DNA from: Deinococcus sp.
GTDB lineage: Bacteria; Deinococcota; Deinococci; Deinococcales; Deinococcaceae
Assembly (NCBI GenBank): GCA_965261005.1
Contig: OZ253375.1
Span: 800,001 to 864,000, forward strand
Reading direction: 5' to 3'
Length of the DNA stretch: 64,000 nt
Positions 12,802-28,733 of this stretch are shown here, piece after piece. The notes under the pieces were generated by a model. That model saw nothing but the letters and a program-made list of their open reading frames with translations. It was not told where the DNA came from and searched no databases. Numbering within the stretch: the first letter of the stretch is position 1; each line of letters begins with the position of its first letter. The position numbers and the translations under genes were made by a program.

Positions 12802-13497
12802 GTGGCGAAGTACCCGCTGATCAAGACGACCCTCAAGGAGCGGCTGCTCGGAAGCCACTACGGCGAGGGCCTGCCGATGCCCAGCGAGCCGCAGTTGGCG
12901 CGCGAGTTCTCGGTGTCGCGCATGACCGCGCGCCGGGCGATTGACGAGCTGGAGCGCGAGGGGTACGTCTACCGGGTGCAGGGGGCCGGCACCTTTCCCA
13001 CCGGCAAGCGGTTCCGGCAAGGGATGTTCCGGGTGCGCCCCTTCAAGGAGTGGGCGCGCTACCCCGACCACCGCACCGAGGTGCTGCGCGCCGTGCAAGT
13101 GGAGGCCACGCCCGAAATCGCCGTGGTGCTGCAAGTGCCCGTCGGCGCCCCGGTCAACTTCGTGCACCGCCTGCGCACCGCCGGCGACGAGCCGCTGGTG
13201 ATCGAGAAGCGCTACGTCAACGCCGCGCTGGCCCCGGATTTGCTCACGCGCGACTTGGAGGTCGAGTCGGTCCACGAGCTGCTGGTCGGCACCCTCGGCC
13301 TGAACTTGACGCGGGTCGAGCAACATTTGGAGGCGGTCAACCTGCGCCAAGAGGAGGCCGAGCTGCTGCGGGTGCCGCACGGCACCGCCGCCTTTTTGCT
13401 GCGGCGCACCACCTTCAGTGGCCCGCAACGCGTCAGCTACGTCAACTACTGGGTGCGCGGCGACCGCTACGCCTTTCAGGACAGCTTCGAGCCGTAG
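12802..13497 (+). CDS. GntR/HutC-family regulator with UTRA domain
   Basis: PSEPQLAREFSVSRMTARRAI winged HTH; UTRA-type C-terminus. Confidence 0.92.
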   Translation: MAKYPLIKTTLKERLLGSHYGEGLPMPSEPQLAREFSVSRMTARRAIDELEREGYVYRVQGAGTFPTGKRFRQGMFRVRPFKEWARYPDHRTEVLRAVQVEATPEIAVVLQVPVGAPVNFVHRLRTAGDEPLVIEKRYVNAALAPDLLTRDLEVESVHELLVGTLGLNLTRVEQHLEAVNLRQEEAELLRVPHGTAAFLLRRTTFSGPQRVSYVNYWVRGDRYAFQDSFEP

Positions 13498-13521
13498 GGC
13501 GCCTTTTCGTATACTCCCCGG

Positions 13522-14130
13522 ATGGAGTCCACCTCGCTGCGCGGGCGGCAAAAGGAGTCGCGCAGGTCGCACATTTACCGAGTCGCCATCGCGCTGTTTC
13601 AGGGCGGCGGCTTTCAGGCCACGACCGCCAGCGACATCGCGCGGGCGGCGGGCGTGTCGCGCGGCACCTTTTTCAACTACTACCCCTACAAGGAGGCCGT
13701 GCTGCTCGACTACGGCGCGCAGATCGTGACCCGGCTGCGCCAGTACGCCGAGGAGCGCTTGGCGCAGGGCGCTCCGCCCCTCGACGTGCTGGTTGAGGTC
13801 TGGGCGCGCCTGGCCGAGGAAAGCGCGCGGGGCCGCGACTTGATTCCGCCGCTGGCCTACGAGCTGCTCAACCCCGACCCGGAGCGCGCCCGCACCGCCT
13901 ACCAAGCGCTGCCGCTTGCCCGAGTGGTGGAGCTGACGTTGCGCCCGCTGCACGCGCACGGCGAGCTGCGCGCCGACCTGAGCTTGGAGCACATGGCCAA
14001 CCTGATCGCCGACACCTACCTGATGACCGCGCTGCGCTGGAGCGCTTACGGCGGCGAACGCTCCTTGCAGGAGGAGACGGCCCTGACGCTCAACTTCACC
14101 CTGCGCGGCATTTTCTGGCCCATGCTCTAG
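13522..14130 (+). CDS. fadR: TetR-family regulator, Thermus FadR-like
   Basis: VSRGTFFNYYPYKEAVLLDYG and YELLNPDP.RAR match Thermus thermophilus FadR as I recall it. Confidence 0.75.
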   Translation: MESTSLRGRQKESRRSHIYRVAIALFQGGGFQATTASDIARAAGVSRGTFFNYYPYKEAVLLDYGAQIVTRLRQYAEERLAQGAPPLDVLVEVWARLAEESARGRDLIPPLAYELLNPDPERARTAYQALPLARVVELTLRPLHAHGELRADLSLEHMANLIADTYLMTALRWSAYGGERSLQEETALTLNFTLRGIFWPML

Positions 14131-14267
14131 AGTATTTGTCGGAAGTATTGAGCGTCCTTCTCAATACTTCCCGAGTGGAACGAGTAGCAAGGGGAGGGCA
14201 TTTGGCAATTCTATTGCGCGCTTCCGGCTTCGCCTCCACCGCTCCATGCCATTGCCAAATGCCCTAG
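14127..14267. repeat. Deinococcus SNR-type, MITE-like small repeat bounded by CTAG
   Basis: CTAGAGTATTTG...CAAATGCCCTAG termini; internal hairpin GGAAGTATTGAG/CTCAATACTTCC; internal AGGGCATTTGGCAAT complementary to the right end. Confidence 0.72.
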
Positions 14268-14275
14268 ACTGACCC

Positions 14276-15715
<1,440 letters not shown>

Positions 15716-15730
15716 TGTTACACTCCCCCG

Positions 15731-16768
15731 GTGAACCTTGACTTTCTGAAACCCCTGCTGGAGGCCGCTGGCCCCAGCGGTTTCGAGGCCCGCGCCGCGA
15801 AGGTATGGCGAGACGAGGCCGGAACCTTCGCCGACAAAGTCTACGGCGACCACTACGGCAACGCCTACGCCGAGCTGAACCCGGACGGCGGGCGCCCCAT
15901 CGTCCTCTTCGGGCACCTCGACGAGATCGGGCTGATGGTGTCCCACATAGATGACAAGGGCCTGCTGGCGGTGCTGAACCTCGGCGGCTGGGACGCGCAG
16001 GTGCTGGTGGGGCAGCGGGTGCGCCTCTTGGCCCAGGAGGGCGACCTGGTCGCCGTGATCGGCAAGAAGCCCATTCACCTGATGGACTCAGGCGAGCGCG
16101 ACAAGGGCAGCAAGCTCGAAGACTTGTGGCTCGACACCGGTTTGGAGCCGGACGAGGTCAGGCGCCGCGTGCTGGTCGGCACCGTCGGCGTGATCGAGCA
16201 GCCGGTCGTGACGATAGGCGAGCGGGTCGTCTCCAAGGCCCTCGACAACCGCATCGGCGCCTACGTGGTGCTGGAAGCCCTGCGCCAGCTGAAGGGCACG
16301 TCGCGGCGTGTGATCGCCGTGGCGAGCGCGCAGGAGGAGATCGGCGCCCACGGGGCGCGGGTGGCGAGTTTCGGCCTCGACCCGCTGGCCGCCCTGGTCG
16401 TGGACGTGACCTTCGAAACCTCGCAGCCCGGCGTGGACGTCAAAAAGGTCGGCAAGGCCGAGTTCGGCTCGGGGGCCGCCCTGGGCGTCTCCGCGCTGAC
16501 CAACCCGAAGGTCGTGCGCGGCCTTCAGGCCGTGGCGCAGAAAGAGAACCTCCCCTACACCCTCAGCCCCACCCCGCGCCGCACCGGCACCGACGCCGAC
16601 GAGGTGGCCCTCTCGCGCGCCGGCGTCCCCTGTGGCGTGGTCAGCGTGCCGCAGCGCTACATGCACTCCCCCTCGGAGATGGTGGACGGCCGCGACGTAC
16701 AGGCGTGCATAGACTTGATGGCCGCTTGGGTGAAGGGCTTGCCGGAGGAACCGGACTTTTCGCGCTGA
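15731..16768 (+). CDS. M42 family metallo-aminopeptidase
   Basis: GHLDEIG, KALDNRIG, QEEIG, RYMHSPSE. Confidence 0.92.
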   Translation: MNLDFLKPLLEAAGPSGFEARAAKVWRDEAGTFADKVYGDHYGNAYAELNPDGGRPIVLFGHLDEIGLMVSHIDDKGLLAVLNLGGWDAQVLVGQRVRLLAQEGDLVAVIGKKPIHLMDSGERDKGSKLEDLWLDTGLEPDEVRRRVLVGTVGVIEQPVVTIGERVVSKALDNRIGAYVVLEALRQLKGTSRRVIAVASAQEEIGAHGARVASFGLDPLAALVVDVTFETSQPGVDVKKVGKAEFGSGAALGVSALTNPKVVRGLQAVAQKENLPYTLSPTPRRTGTDADEVALSRAGVPCGVVSVPQRYMHSPSEMVDGRDVQACIDLMAAWVKGLPEEPDFSR

Positions 16769-16977
16769 GGAGCCTATTCGGACAAACCGTTTGTGTGTTA
16801 GGTTAGCCAGGTATGAAAATTTTCTTGCCCTGTGCTCTTGGGATTACGGTTTTGCTGTCCGCTTGCGGAGGACAGACGACGCAGCCTGCATCATCCACAC
16901 TGGCGGATAGCACCATTACGCAAATTAAGGGCGTCTTCCCAGAGATTACAGGGGGGGCTACGCTAGAGGCATACATT

Positions 16978-17868
16978 AGACCTCTTGCGAAAGTCAGGAG
17001 GGTTGGGCGCGGGTAAGGTTACAGAGGGCGGCGATGAGCTGAACCCGAAGGGCAAAGCGACGCCGCCGATGTCGGTAGACGCCCTTGAGCACCCGAAAGA
17101 CCTTCATGCGACGGATGACGTGTTCGATTCCTTGGCGGGTATAGGCCAGCACCCGGTTTTCTCGACGCTGCTCTTTGGTCAACGGCTTGGACTTGGTCGC
17201 CTTATGCGTGGTGATGGCGTGCCCGTGGCTTCTCCACAAACCCTGATACCCCGCATCCCCGATCAGGGCCGTGTCATGAGGAAACCGTACCCCAGACTGC
17301 CGAAACAGCTTGAGATCATGGATGGCTCCAGCACTCGTCGCCGTGCCCAGGATGTGCTGAGTCACGGTACAGATCAGGACTTGGAACTTCAAGGTGTGCC
17401 GCTTCTTCTTGCCGCTGTACCAGCGGCGCTGCTTTTTTTGGGTCGTTCACACGGCACTTCGGACGCATCGACGGCCACGATGCTGTAGACCGTCTGCGCT
17501 TGCTGGAACACGCGCTTTCTAGGCATCTGGAACTGCTGGCTGGCGATCAGGGCTTCTTCGACACGTTCCACCGTGCGGTGCACCGTGGTCTCATGGACGC
17601 CCCAGTCGTCACCCAGGTGCGCGAAGGTGCGGTACTCGCGCCAGAATTCCAGTGTCATCAGAAGTTGTTCAGCCACCCTGAGCGCGGCTGGACGACCAGA
17701 TTTCTTCTTCTGTCCTTCTCGCTCGATCAGCACCGCTTCCATCTGGGCGAAGGTTTCGGGATACACCCCGGTGCGTCGGCGGAACTGCTTGCGGTTCATC
17801 TTCAGTGTCCGTCTCAGGCGATCTCGCTCCACCCCTTGAGCTTAACCCACGACTTTCGCAAGAGGTCT
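16978..17868 (-). mobile_element. IS5-family (ISL2/IS1381-like) insertion sequence, 891 bp
   Basis: Terminal inverted repeats AGACCTCTTGCGAAAGTC / GACTTTCGCAAGAGGTCT; 3-bp target duplication ATT at 16975-77 and 17869-71. Confidence 0.92.
16994..17832 (-). CDS. IS5-family transposase in two ORFs, probably joined by a -1 frameshift
   Basis: ORFA 17389-17832 (FRRRTGV, LEFWREYRT, VDASE); ORFB (HDLKLF, GDAGYQG, IEHVIRRMKVFR); A7G run at about 17432-17439 on the minus strand. Confidence 0.85.
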
Positions 17869-18329
17869 ATTCAAACAGCCGATGGAGAGGTTCCGTCGCT
17901 TAAAATTGCTGAAGCGGAAGTTGATAGTAAAGGTGCATTTGTACTTGACCTTCCAGAAGAAAACATGATTAAACCCTACTTAATAAATTTGAAGGGATTC
18001 TACAAGAATCTTGGCGACTGCAAGGGCGAGATCAACATCTCTGATCAGAATGCGAGTATTATATATTTGAATGACTTCGGCCTTAAACGGGGTGAAAACG
18101 CTTCCATTTTTGCTTACAATGGCACCAGAGTATCTAACGAACAGTATAGTCTTCATACAGAAAGTGAGGTCTTCTATTACTCCGATAGAGATGTAAAATT
18201 TTCTGGTACGACTACTTGTACTCAGGTAACTCCAGGCCCAGTATACATATTGCCCATAAGCGTAAATTTCGAGCTGCACAAGGGATGGAATGTCATCCAC
18301 CGTAGTGATAAAACTTCGAGTAACGAATC

Positions 18330-19601
18330 CTGAGGGCCTGACAGAAAGTATGAGAAAGCGTCCCCGCTGTGGGACACTTTCTGTTTGTGAAGACCGAAAA
18401 TGCCAGCGGGGACGCTGCCCGACTCTATCAAGCTGTTCTCGCTCAGCTCCAGACTGCTCTCTGGAACGACATCCGCAATGCGCGTACCCTCGCTTGGATG
18501 ATCAGCGGCCTGCTGCTCTCCCAGCGCAGCTCTATCCCCGCTTGGCTCCCTCACATCCACTCTCGTGCCACCTTCGCGCAAAGCAGCGAACGCCGAGTTC
18601 GTCGGTGGCTGGAGAATCCAGCCGTTGATCCCACCAGTGTTTACGGTCCGCTGATCACCCGTGCCCTCCGCGACTGGGGCAGACATCCTCTGATCCTGGC
18701 CCTGGATACCAGCGTCCTGTTCGAGAAGTTTTGCCTGATCCGCGTCTCGGTGCTCTTTCGGGGACGAGCAGTTCCGCTGGTCTCGCGTGTCCTTGAACAT
18801 TCCAGCGCCCAGGTCAGCACCGCCCACCTGCTCCCCGTGCTGGCCGAAGTCAAGGGGATGCTCGACTTCCTTGGCCTACATCAAGTTCGCCTGCTGGCCG
18901 ATCGAGGGTTCTGCGATACGGAACTGATGGCGTGGCTCCGAGTCTGCGGCTGGCATTACCGCATCCGCATCAAATCGAGCTTGATTCTGGCTGCTCCAGA
19001 TGGACAGCGGTTGTGCAAGGTGGGTGAGGTGCGACTTTCGCCCAGAGAGACCCGTTGCTTTCACAACATCACCTTGACTGGACAGCACTTCGGTTCCGTT
19101 CACGTCGCTCTGGGCCGTCCGACAGACGGCCTAGAGCAGTGGCAGGTGGTGAGTGACGAACCGACGAGCGTGAAGACGTTTACCGAGTACGGCGCACGCT
19201 TCCAGATCGAAGAGGGGTTTCTGGACGAGAAAAGCGGCCTCTTCGATCTGGAAGATGCCAAACTTCGCGATGTGGCCAGCCTGGAGCGGCTGGTCTTGGT
19301 CATCTCGGTCGCTACGCTTCTGCTCGTCTCGGAGGGACTTCAGACCGTACACAGCGGCGCTCGCCGAGTGGTTGATCCCCACTGGCAGCGGGGATTGAGC
19401 TATCTCAAAATCGGTCTACGGGCCGTTCAGTACGCCCTCAGCCGGGGTCAGGCGGTGTTCACCCGCCTGATCCTCCAGGGTGGCCCTGACCCTGAACCGC
19501 TGGGGACTCGAAAGCGCCCTCGTCCTACCCCACTGACCACGCTCGAAGTCGGCTGGAAGCTCGTTTTTCGCTCACCCTCATAAAATCTGTCAGGCCGTCA
19601 G
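18330..19601 (+). mobile_element. IS4-family-like insertion sequence, 1272 bp
   Basis: Terminal inverted repeats CTGAGGGCCTGACAGA / TCTGTCAGGCCGTCAG; 10-bp target duplication GTAACGAATC at 18320-29 and 19602-11. Confidence 0.92.
18369..19583 (+). CDS. DDE transposase (IS4-like); start may be GTG 18387
   Basis: [29 protein letters not shown] (YxxRxxIExxF). Confidence 0.92.
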   Translation: MGHFLFVKTENASGDAARLYQAVLAQLQTALWNDIRNARTLAWMISGLLLSQRSSIPAWLPHIHSRATFAQSSERRVRRWLENPAVDPTSVYGPLITRALRDWGRHPLILALDTSVLFEKFCLIRVSVLFRGRAVPLVSRVLEHSSAQVSTAHLLPVLAEVKGMLDFLGLHQVRLLADRGFCDTELMAWLRVCGWHYRIRIKSSLILAAPDGQRLCKVGEVRLSPRETRCFHNITLTGQHFGSVHVALGRPTDGLEQWQVVSDEPTSVKTFTEYGARFQIEEGFLDEKSGLFDLEDAKLRDVASLERLVLVISVATLLLVSEGLQTVHSGARRVVDPHWQRGLSYLKIGLRAVQYALSRGQAVFTRLILQGGPDPEPLGTRKRPRPTPLTTLEVGWKLVFRSPS

Positions 19602-19730
19602 GTAACGAATCTGAAAAAACCGTAACAGATGCGGCCAACGAAATAAACAGCAACTTAGACGGCGTTACATGGCATGTCATAGAGCCTAAGTGAATCGAAT
19701 TTGGAAGTCGTGTTGCCATTCCGGCCCGCT

Positions 19731-20750
19731 TTATGCCAACTCTGGAACGCTAGCCACGCCCGGCCGCGCGTCCAGCACCGCGTCCGGCACCCCCGCCAGC
19801 GCCGCCAGGATCACCTCCACGCCCGCGCCTGGTTTGTGCGCCTCCTCGCTGAGGGTGCGCTTCCAGGCGCGCGCCCCCGGCTGGCCGGCGAACAGGCCGT
19901 GGACGTGGCGGGTGACGCGCGACAGGTAGACGCCGTGCGCCAGCATCTCCTCGACATAGGGGATCAGGCGTTCCACCACCTCGCGCCGGGTCGGGGCCGG
20001 GGCCGGCTCACCGAAGATCACTTGGTCGGCCAGGGCCAAGACAAACGGATTCTGATACGCCTCGCGCCCGATCATCACGCCATCCGCCCAGCTCAGGTGC
20101 TCCTGAGCGGCCTCCAAACTTTTCACGCCGCCGTTCAGGGCGAAGGTGAGCTGTGGAAAATCTTCCTTGAGCTGCCGCACCACCTCGTACTTCAGGGGTG
20201 GCTTCTCGCGGTTCTCCTTGGGGGACAGACCCGACAGCCAAGCTTTTCGCGCGTGGACGATGAAGGTCTCGCAGCCGGCCCCGGCGACGGTCCCGACGAA
20301 GTGCGCCAATTCCCCATAGCTGTCTTTGTCGTCTATGCCGGTGCGGTGCTTGACCGTCACGGGCAGCGCGGTCGCCGCGCGCATGGCCGCCACGCCGCGC
20401 GCCACCAAATCGGGATGGGCCATCAGGCAGGCGCCGAACATGCCGGACTGCACCCGGTCGGAGGGACAGCCGACGTTGAGGTTCACCTCGTCGTAGCCCC
20501 AGTCCTGCGCCAGGCGGGAGCACTCGGCCAGCTGTACAGGGTCGCTGCCGCCCAGTTGCAGCGCGAGGGGCCGCTCCGCCGGGGAAAAGTCGAGGTGCCG
20601 CCCCCGGTCTCCGCGCAGGATGGCCCCCGTCGTGACCATCTCGCTGTAGAGCAGGGTCCGCCGGGAGATCAGGCGCAGAAAAAAGCGCGCGTGCCGGTCG
20701 GTCCAGTCCAGCATGGGGGCCACGCTGAGGGTATGAGAAGGGCGGGACAT
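19731..20750 (-). CDS. dusA: tRNA dihydrouridine synthase DusA
   Basis: SVAPMLDWTDRH, NLNVGCPSDRV, HARKAWLSGLSPKENR. Confidence 0.96.
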   Translation of the reverse strand: MSRPSHTLSVAPMLDWTDRHARFFLRLISRRTLLYSEMVTTGAILRGDRGRHLDFSPAERPLALQLGGSDPVQLAECSRLAQDWGYDEVNLNVGCPSDRVQSGMFGACLMAHPDLVARGVAAMRAATALPVTVKHRTGIDDKDSYGELAHFVGTVAGAGCETFIVHARKAWLSGLSPKENREKPPLKYEVVRQLKEDFPQLTFALNGGVKSLEAAQEHLSWADGVMIGREAYQNPFVLALADQVIFGEPAPAPTRREVVERLIPYVEEMLAHGVYLSRVTRHVHGLFAGQPGARAWKRTLSEEAHKPGAGVEVILAALAGVPDAVLDARPGVASVPELA

Positions 20751-20794
20751 CAGGGGAAAAGTGTAGCGGGCGGGGCGGAGCCTAAAGGTGACAC

Positions 20795-21421
20795 CTATAA
20801 ATTTCGCTCCAGCAACCGCTCCACGATCACCACGTCGCGCCAGCGCCCGTCCAATTGGCCGTGCTTCTCGTAGACGCCGACCTCGCGGAAGCCGACTTTC
20901 AGCAACAGCGCCCGGCTGGCCGCGTTCTCTTTAAGGACGCGCGACACCAGCTTCGAGAAACCCGCGTCCTCGGCCGCCTCGATCAAGGCCGTCATGGCGA
21001 CCGTGCCCGACCCGCTGCCCCGCGCGTCACGGGCCACGTAGACGCTGAACTCCGCTATACCGGCGTAGCAGTCGCGCGGCCGGTAGCTGGAGGTGCTGGC
21101 AAAGGCCACGACCTGGCCGGCGCGTTCGGCGACCACGATGGGGTGAACGCCATCGAACCAAGACGTCACGTCCTCGGGCGAGCGCGGCCGGATCTCGAAG
21201 GTGCCGACGCGGTCCTCAATCCCTTGGTTATAGATGCGGGCGATGTCGGCGGCGTCGGCGAGGATGGCCGGGCGCGTGGCCGTCGAGGCGAGTTGGTCAA
21301 GTGTGACAGCGTATTCTGAATGGCCGGCGAAGCGGTTTGGCTTGGCCTGCTCAAAGTCGAGCGTGTGTTCGGGAAGCAGATCGTCCGGTTCAGGGGCGGG
21401 CGTTTCGTTCATAAGCTTCAC
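20795..21421 (-). CDS. GNAT acetyltransferase, ArsN1/phosphinothricin type, with N-terminal extension
   Basis: IYNQGIEDRVGTFE, SYRPRDCYAGIAEFSVYV, GFREVGVYEKHGQLDGRWRDV. Confidence 0.85.
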   Translation of the reverse strand: MKLMNETPAPEPDDLLPEHTLDFEQAKPNRFAGHSEYAVTLDQLASTATRPAILADAADIARIYNQGIEDRVGTFEIRPRSPEDVTSWFDGVHPIVVAERAGQVVAFASTSSYRPRDCYAGIAEFSVYVARDARGSGSGTVAMTALIEAAEDAGFSKLVSRVLKENAASRALLLKVGFREVGVYEKHGQLDGRWRDVVIVERLLERNL

Positions 21422-21453
21422 GCCCTTCCCAGGCAGACGCGAGCGATGATTCG

Positions 21454-21954
21454 TTACATCAAGGTCAACGTCATCACATGCTGCGGCCCATTGGGGCCGC
21501 CAAAGTAGAGATCGCCGCTATCCGTGAAGCCGGCAGCCAGATAAAGGCGGCGGGCAGCAGGATTGCGCGCGTTGACGCTGAGGTTAAGCGTTCGCATGTC
21601 CGGATGGCGGGCGCCTAAGTCAGCGATCAAGGCGGTCAGCGCCGCTGTGCCGAGGCCCTGGCCCTGACGCGCCGCGTCAATGAAGTAGCTACGTAACCCG
21701 CACGAAGGTTCGGCGAAGCGGCGCCCCACGATGGCCTCTGGGGCGAAGTCAAGCCGGTAAAAGCCGACGACGGCACCTTCTGCCAGAACCGCATAGACCT
21801 CAGACTGTGAATCGCCCTTTACCGCCGCAAGCATTTCTTGTTCGGTGAGAACGAAGCCGAGTTGTTCGGGGTAAACGTGCAACGCCAAGACAGCCTCACG
21901 GTTCCGGTCGGTCACAGGTTCAACGGCAACGATCACATTGGCACTGTAGCGCAT
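21454..21954 (-). CDS. GNAT acetyltransferase
   Basis: FIDAARQGQGLG, LSVNARNPAARRLYLAAGF. Confidence 0.88.
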   Translation of the reverse strand: MRYSANVIVAVEPVTDRNREAVLALHVYPEQLGFVLTEQEMLAAVKGDSQSEVYAVLAEGAVVGFYRLDFAPEAIVGRRFAEPSCGLRSYFIDAARQGQGLGTAALTALIADLGARHPDMRTLNLSVNARNPAARRLYLAAGFTDSGDLYFGGPNGPQHVMTLTLM

Positions 21955-21991
21955 CCCCCAAGTGAGGGAGCCAGCTTACGTACAGCCTGCC

Positions 21992-24361
<2,370 letters not shown>

Positions 24362-24439
24362 GTCGCCCAGCCTAGCCGGGGGCAGGTGACGCGCCCTGAA
24401 AGAAACTTGAGAGCGCGTTCATCTGGGGTCAGGAAGGCG

Positions 24440-24694
24440 TCAGCGGGCCGACTGTCCCACTTCCAGGGCGGTGCGCGTCCGCCCGCCCGAGGCGTCCAAT
24501 ACCCGGACGTTGTGGACGTAGTAGCGCTTCTTCTCGTGCAGCATGGCGTTGTCGTAGGTGCCCGCCGGGGCCGGCTCCAAAAAGACCCGCGCTCCCTGCG
24601 GCAGCCAGTCCAGGCCACTTTCCATGACCACGTGCTCGTTCTGCGCGCCTTCCGGCACGCGCTCCAGCGTCACCTCGTTCGCGTCTGCGTTCAT
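24440..24694 (-). CDS. Hypothetical protein (84 aa)
   Basis: ATG 24694 with CATAAT 6 nt upstream; GC3-rich codons. Confidence 0.6.
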   Translation of the reverse strand: MNADANEVTLERVPEGAQNEHVVMESGLDWLPQGARVFLEPAPAGTYDNAMLHEKKRYYVHNVRVLDASGGRTRTALEVGQSAR

Positions 24695-24750
24695 GCGGGC
24701 ATTATGACCAAGCCGGCGGCCCACCTCATGAAGTCCGTCCCAAGCGACCT

Positions 24751-25554
24751 TCAGAACAGCTCGTCGAGCAGGCGGTAGTAGGCCAGCTTGCCCACGTCCA
24801 CCAGGGAGCGGCCGTAAGTGTCTAGAAACACGTCCTCGAAGCCGGGGCCGTAGTTGTAGGTCAAGCTGCGCGCCGCCAGGGCCAAGTCGGCGTGGCGGTC
24901 GGCGACGCCGGCGCGGCCCACGTCCACCAAGCCCGACACGAACTCCCCCGCTACGATCACGTTGGGCAGGCAGGGGTCGCCGTGGGTGACGACCAAATCT
25001 TCAGTCTCCGGCCGGGTCCGGACCAACTCGGCGAACACCTCGGCCCCTGTCCAGCCGCGCCACTCGGAATCGAGGTCGGCCTCGTTCACCATTCCCAGCC
25101 GCAGCCGCTCGCGCCCTTCGCGCAAGCGGACGTTCAGGCTCGCGTTGAAGGGGCAGTCCCCCAGCGGCAGGGCGTGCAGCTCGCGCAGCGCGCGGGCCAA
25201 AAGGGCGGCGTTGCGCCGGGCGTGCAGCCGCGTCTCGGGCGCGCTCATGTCGAGGCCGCGCACCCGCTCCGTCGCCAAGTATTCGGTCCCGCCCTCCAGG
25301 TGGTACGCCACCACCCGGGGCACCGGCACCCGCCCCGCCAGCCAGCGCAGCCGCTCCTTTTCGCCAAATAAGGTGTCGAAGGGTCCCTTCTGCTGCACCT
25401 TGAGCACGAAGCGCGTGGAGCGGTACACCGCCGCCTTCGAGCGGCCGTGGTTGACCGGCTCCCAGCGGGCCTGGGGGAGTAAGGGCTTGAGGGCGGCGGG
25501 GAGGTCGAGGGGCACGGGGGCAGGATAGCGAGTTGACTTTAACTCAAGGCTCAA
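24751..25554 (-). CDS. Aminoglycoside 3'-phosphotransferase-like kinase; start uncertain
   Basis: [44 protein letters not shown]. Confidence 0.88.
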   Translation of the reverse strand: MSLELKSTRYPAPVPLDLPAALKPLLPQARWEPVNHGRSKAAVYRSTRFVLKVQQKGPFDTLFGEKERLRWLAGRVPVPRVVAYHLEGGTEYLATERVRGLDMSAPETRLHARRNAALLARALRELHALPLGDCPFNASLNVRLREGRERLRLGMVNEADLDSEWRGWTGAEVFAELVRTRPETEDLVVTHGDPCLPNVIVAGEFVSGLVDVGRAGVADRHADLALAARSLTYNYGPGFEDVFLDTYGRSLVDVGKLAYYRLLDELF

Positions 25555-25942
25555 GGGTGCTGATTGCCTCTATATGGTCCAGGTAGAGGCGGATCAGCTT
25601 GTGCTCGGGAAGCAATCGCTCGACGTGGGGCCAGCTGGCCTTCATAAAAGCGCGCAGCGGCGCGAAGAGAAGATTTCCGCAACAAAGCTGCACCACCCAA
25701 GGGGGCGGCACTTCTTGCAACGTTACTCGGTTGGTGAAGTCCGCGTCTTTGGTGACGATGACCAAGGCGTGCTCGCGTGCGTAGGCCCACAACCGGGTGT
25801 CGCTTGGCCGCGGTCCCAAATCGCTCGCATGGATGACCAGCGCGGAGACGTCGAAGCCATGTCGCAGCTGGGCGGGCAGGTTCTCGTCGAGAAGATAACC
25901 GTGAGGGGTGACAGAATCAGCGTTTGGCAGGTCGTTCTTCAC
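25544..25942 (-). CDS. DUF5615 PIN-like toxin
   Basis: [33 protein letters not shown]. Confidence 0.85.
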   Translation of the reverse strand: MKNDLPNADSVTPHGYLLDENLPAQLRHGFDVSALVIHASDLGPRPSDTRLWAYAREHALVIVTKDADFTNRVTLQEVPPPWVVQLCCGNLLFAPLRAFMKASWPHVERLLPEHKLIRLYLDHIEAISTLEP

Positions 25943-26050
25943 ACCTCTCAGCCTGCCTGGGACGGTGGGCAGCCCAATTGATGATGCCTCCGAGCAGGTG
26001 TCCCCACTGGGACGTTGAGAAGGTTGGCCCAGCGCTGAGCCGGCAAAAGC

Positions 26051-26275
26051 TCACGCGATTTTTTCAAGCGTCAAGTGGTGCGCGAGCAACCGCGACGAGT
26101 ATTGCAAGCAGGCCAGCACGTCCTCGCGCGTGAGGGTGGGATACTCGGCGAGCACGCTCTCTATGCTTTCACCCGCCCCCAAGAACTCCAAAATGGTCTG
26201 TGCAGTAATGCGGGTTCCGCGCACCGTCGGGCGTCCATTGCACACGTCCGGGTCCACCACAATCCGCAGATTCAT
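26051..26275 (-). CDS. DUF433 antitoxin
   Basis: [16 protein letters not shown]...[18 protein letters not shown]. Confidence 0.92.
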   Translation of the reverse strand: MNLRIVVDPDVCNGRPTVRGTRITAQTILEFLGAGESIESVLAEYPTLTREDVLACLQYSSRLLAHHLTLEKIA

Positions 26276-26359
26276 GCCCTCAGACTACAGGGGGAACAGC
26301 GCAGCGTCTATCAGCGGGCGTTTCTTCTCGGCCCAGGGACCAATCCCCACCCTCACCTT

Positions 26360-26376
26360 TTCCGTTCACAGCAGAA
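26360..26376 (+). promoter_or_regulatory. RDRM (DdrO box) in the recG promoter
   Basis: TTCCGTTCACAGCAGAA fits the 17-bp palindromic RDRM consensus and lies 5 nt upstream of a TATACT -10 box. Confidence 0.75.
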
Positions 26377-26393
26377 ACGGCTATACTCCCCCC

Positions 26394-28718
<2,325 letters not shown>

Positions 28719-28733
28719 GCGGTAAGCTCAGTC

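Larger units (their letters stand above)
16813..19693 (+). pseudogene. Low-GC lipoprotein gene (~234 aa when rebuilt) interrupted by two IS elements
   Basis: Segments 16813-16977, 17872-18329 and 19612-19693 join in frame after removing each IS and one target copy; lipobox LSAC; LHKGWN motif; TGA at 19691-19693. Confidence 0.88.

Noticed and set aside
17500..18333. 277-aa ORF as a real gene
   Set aside because: It is a chimera of antisense IS5 sequence and the middle segment of the disrupted lipoprotein.
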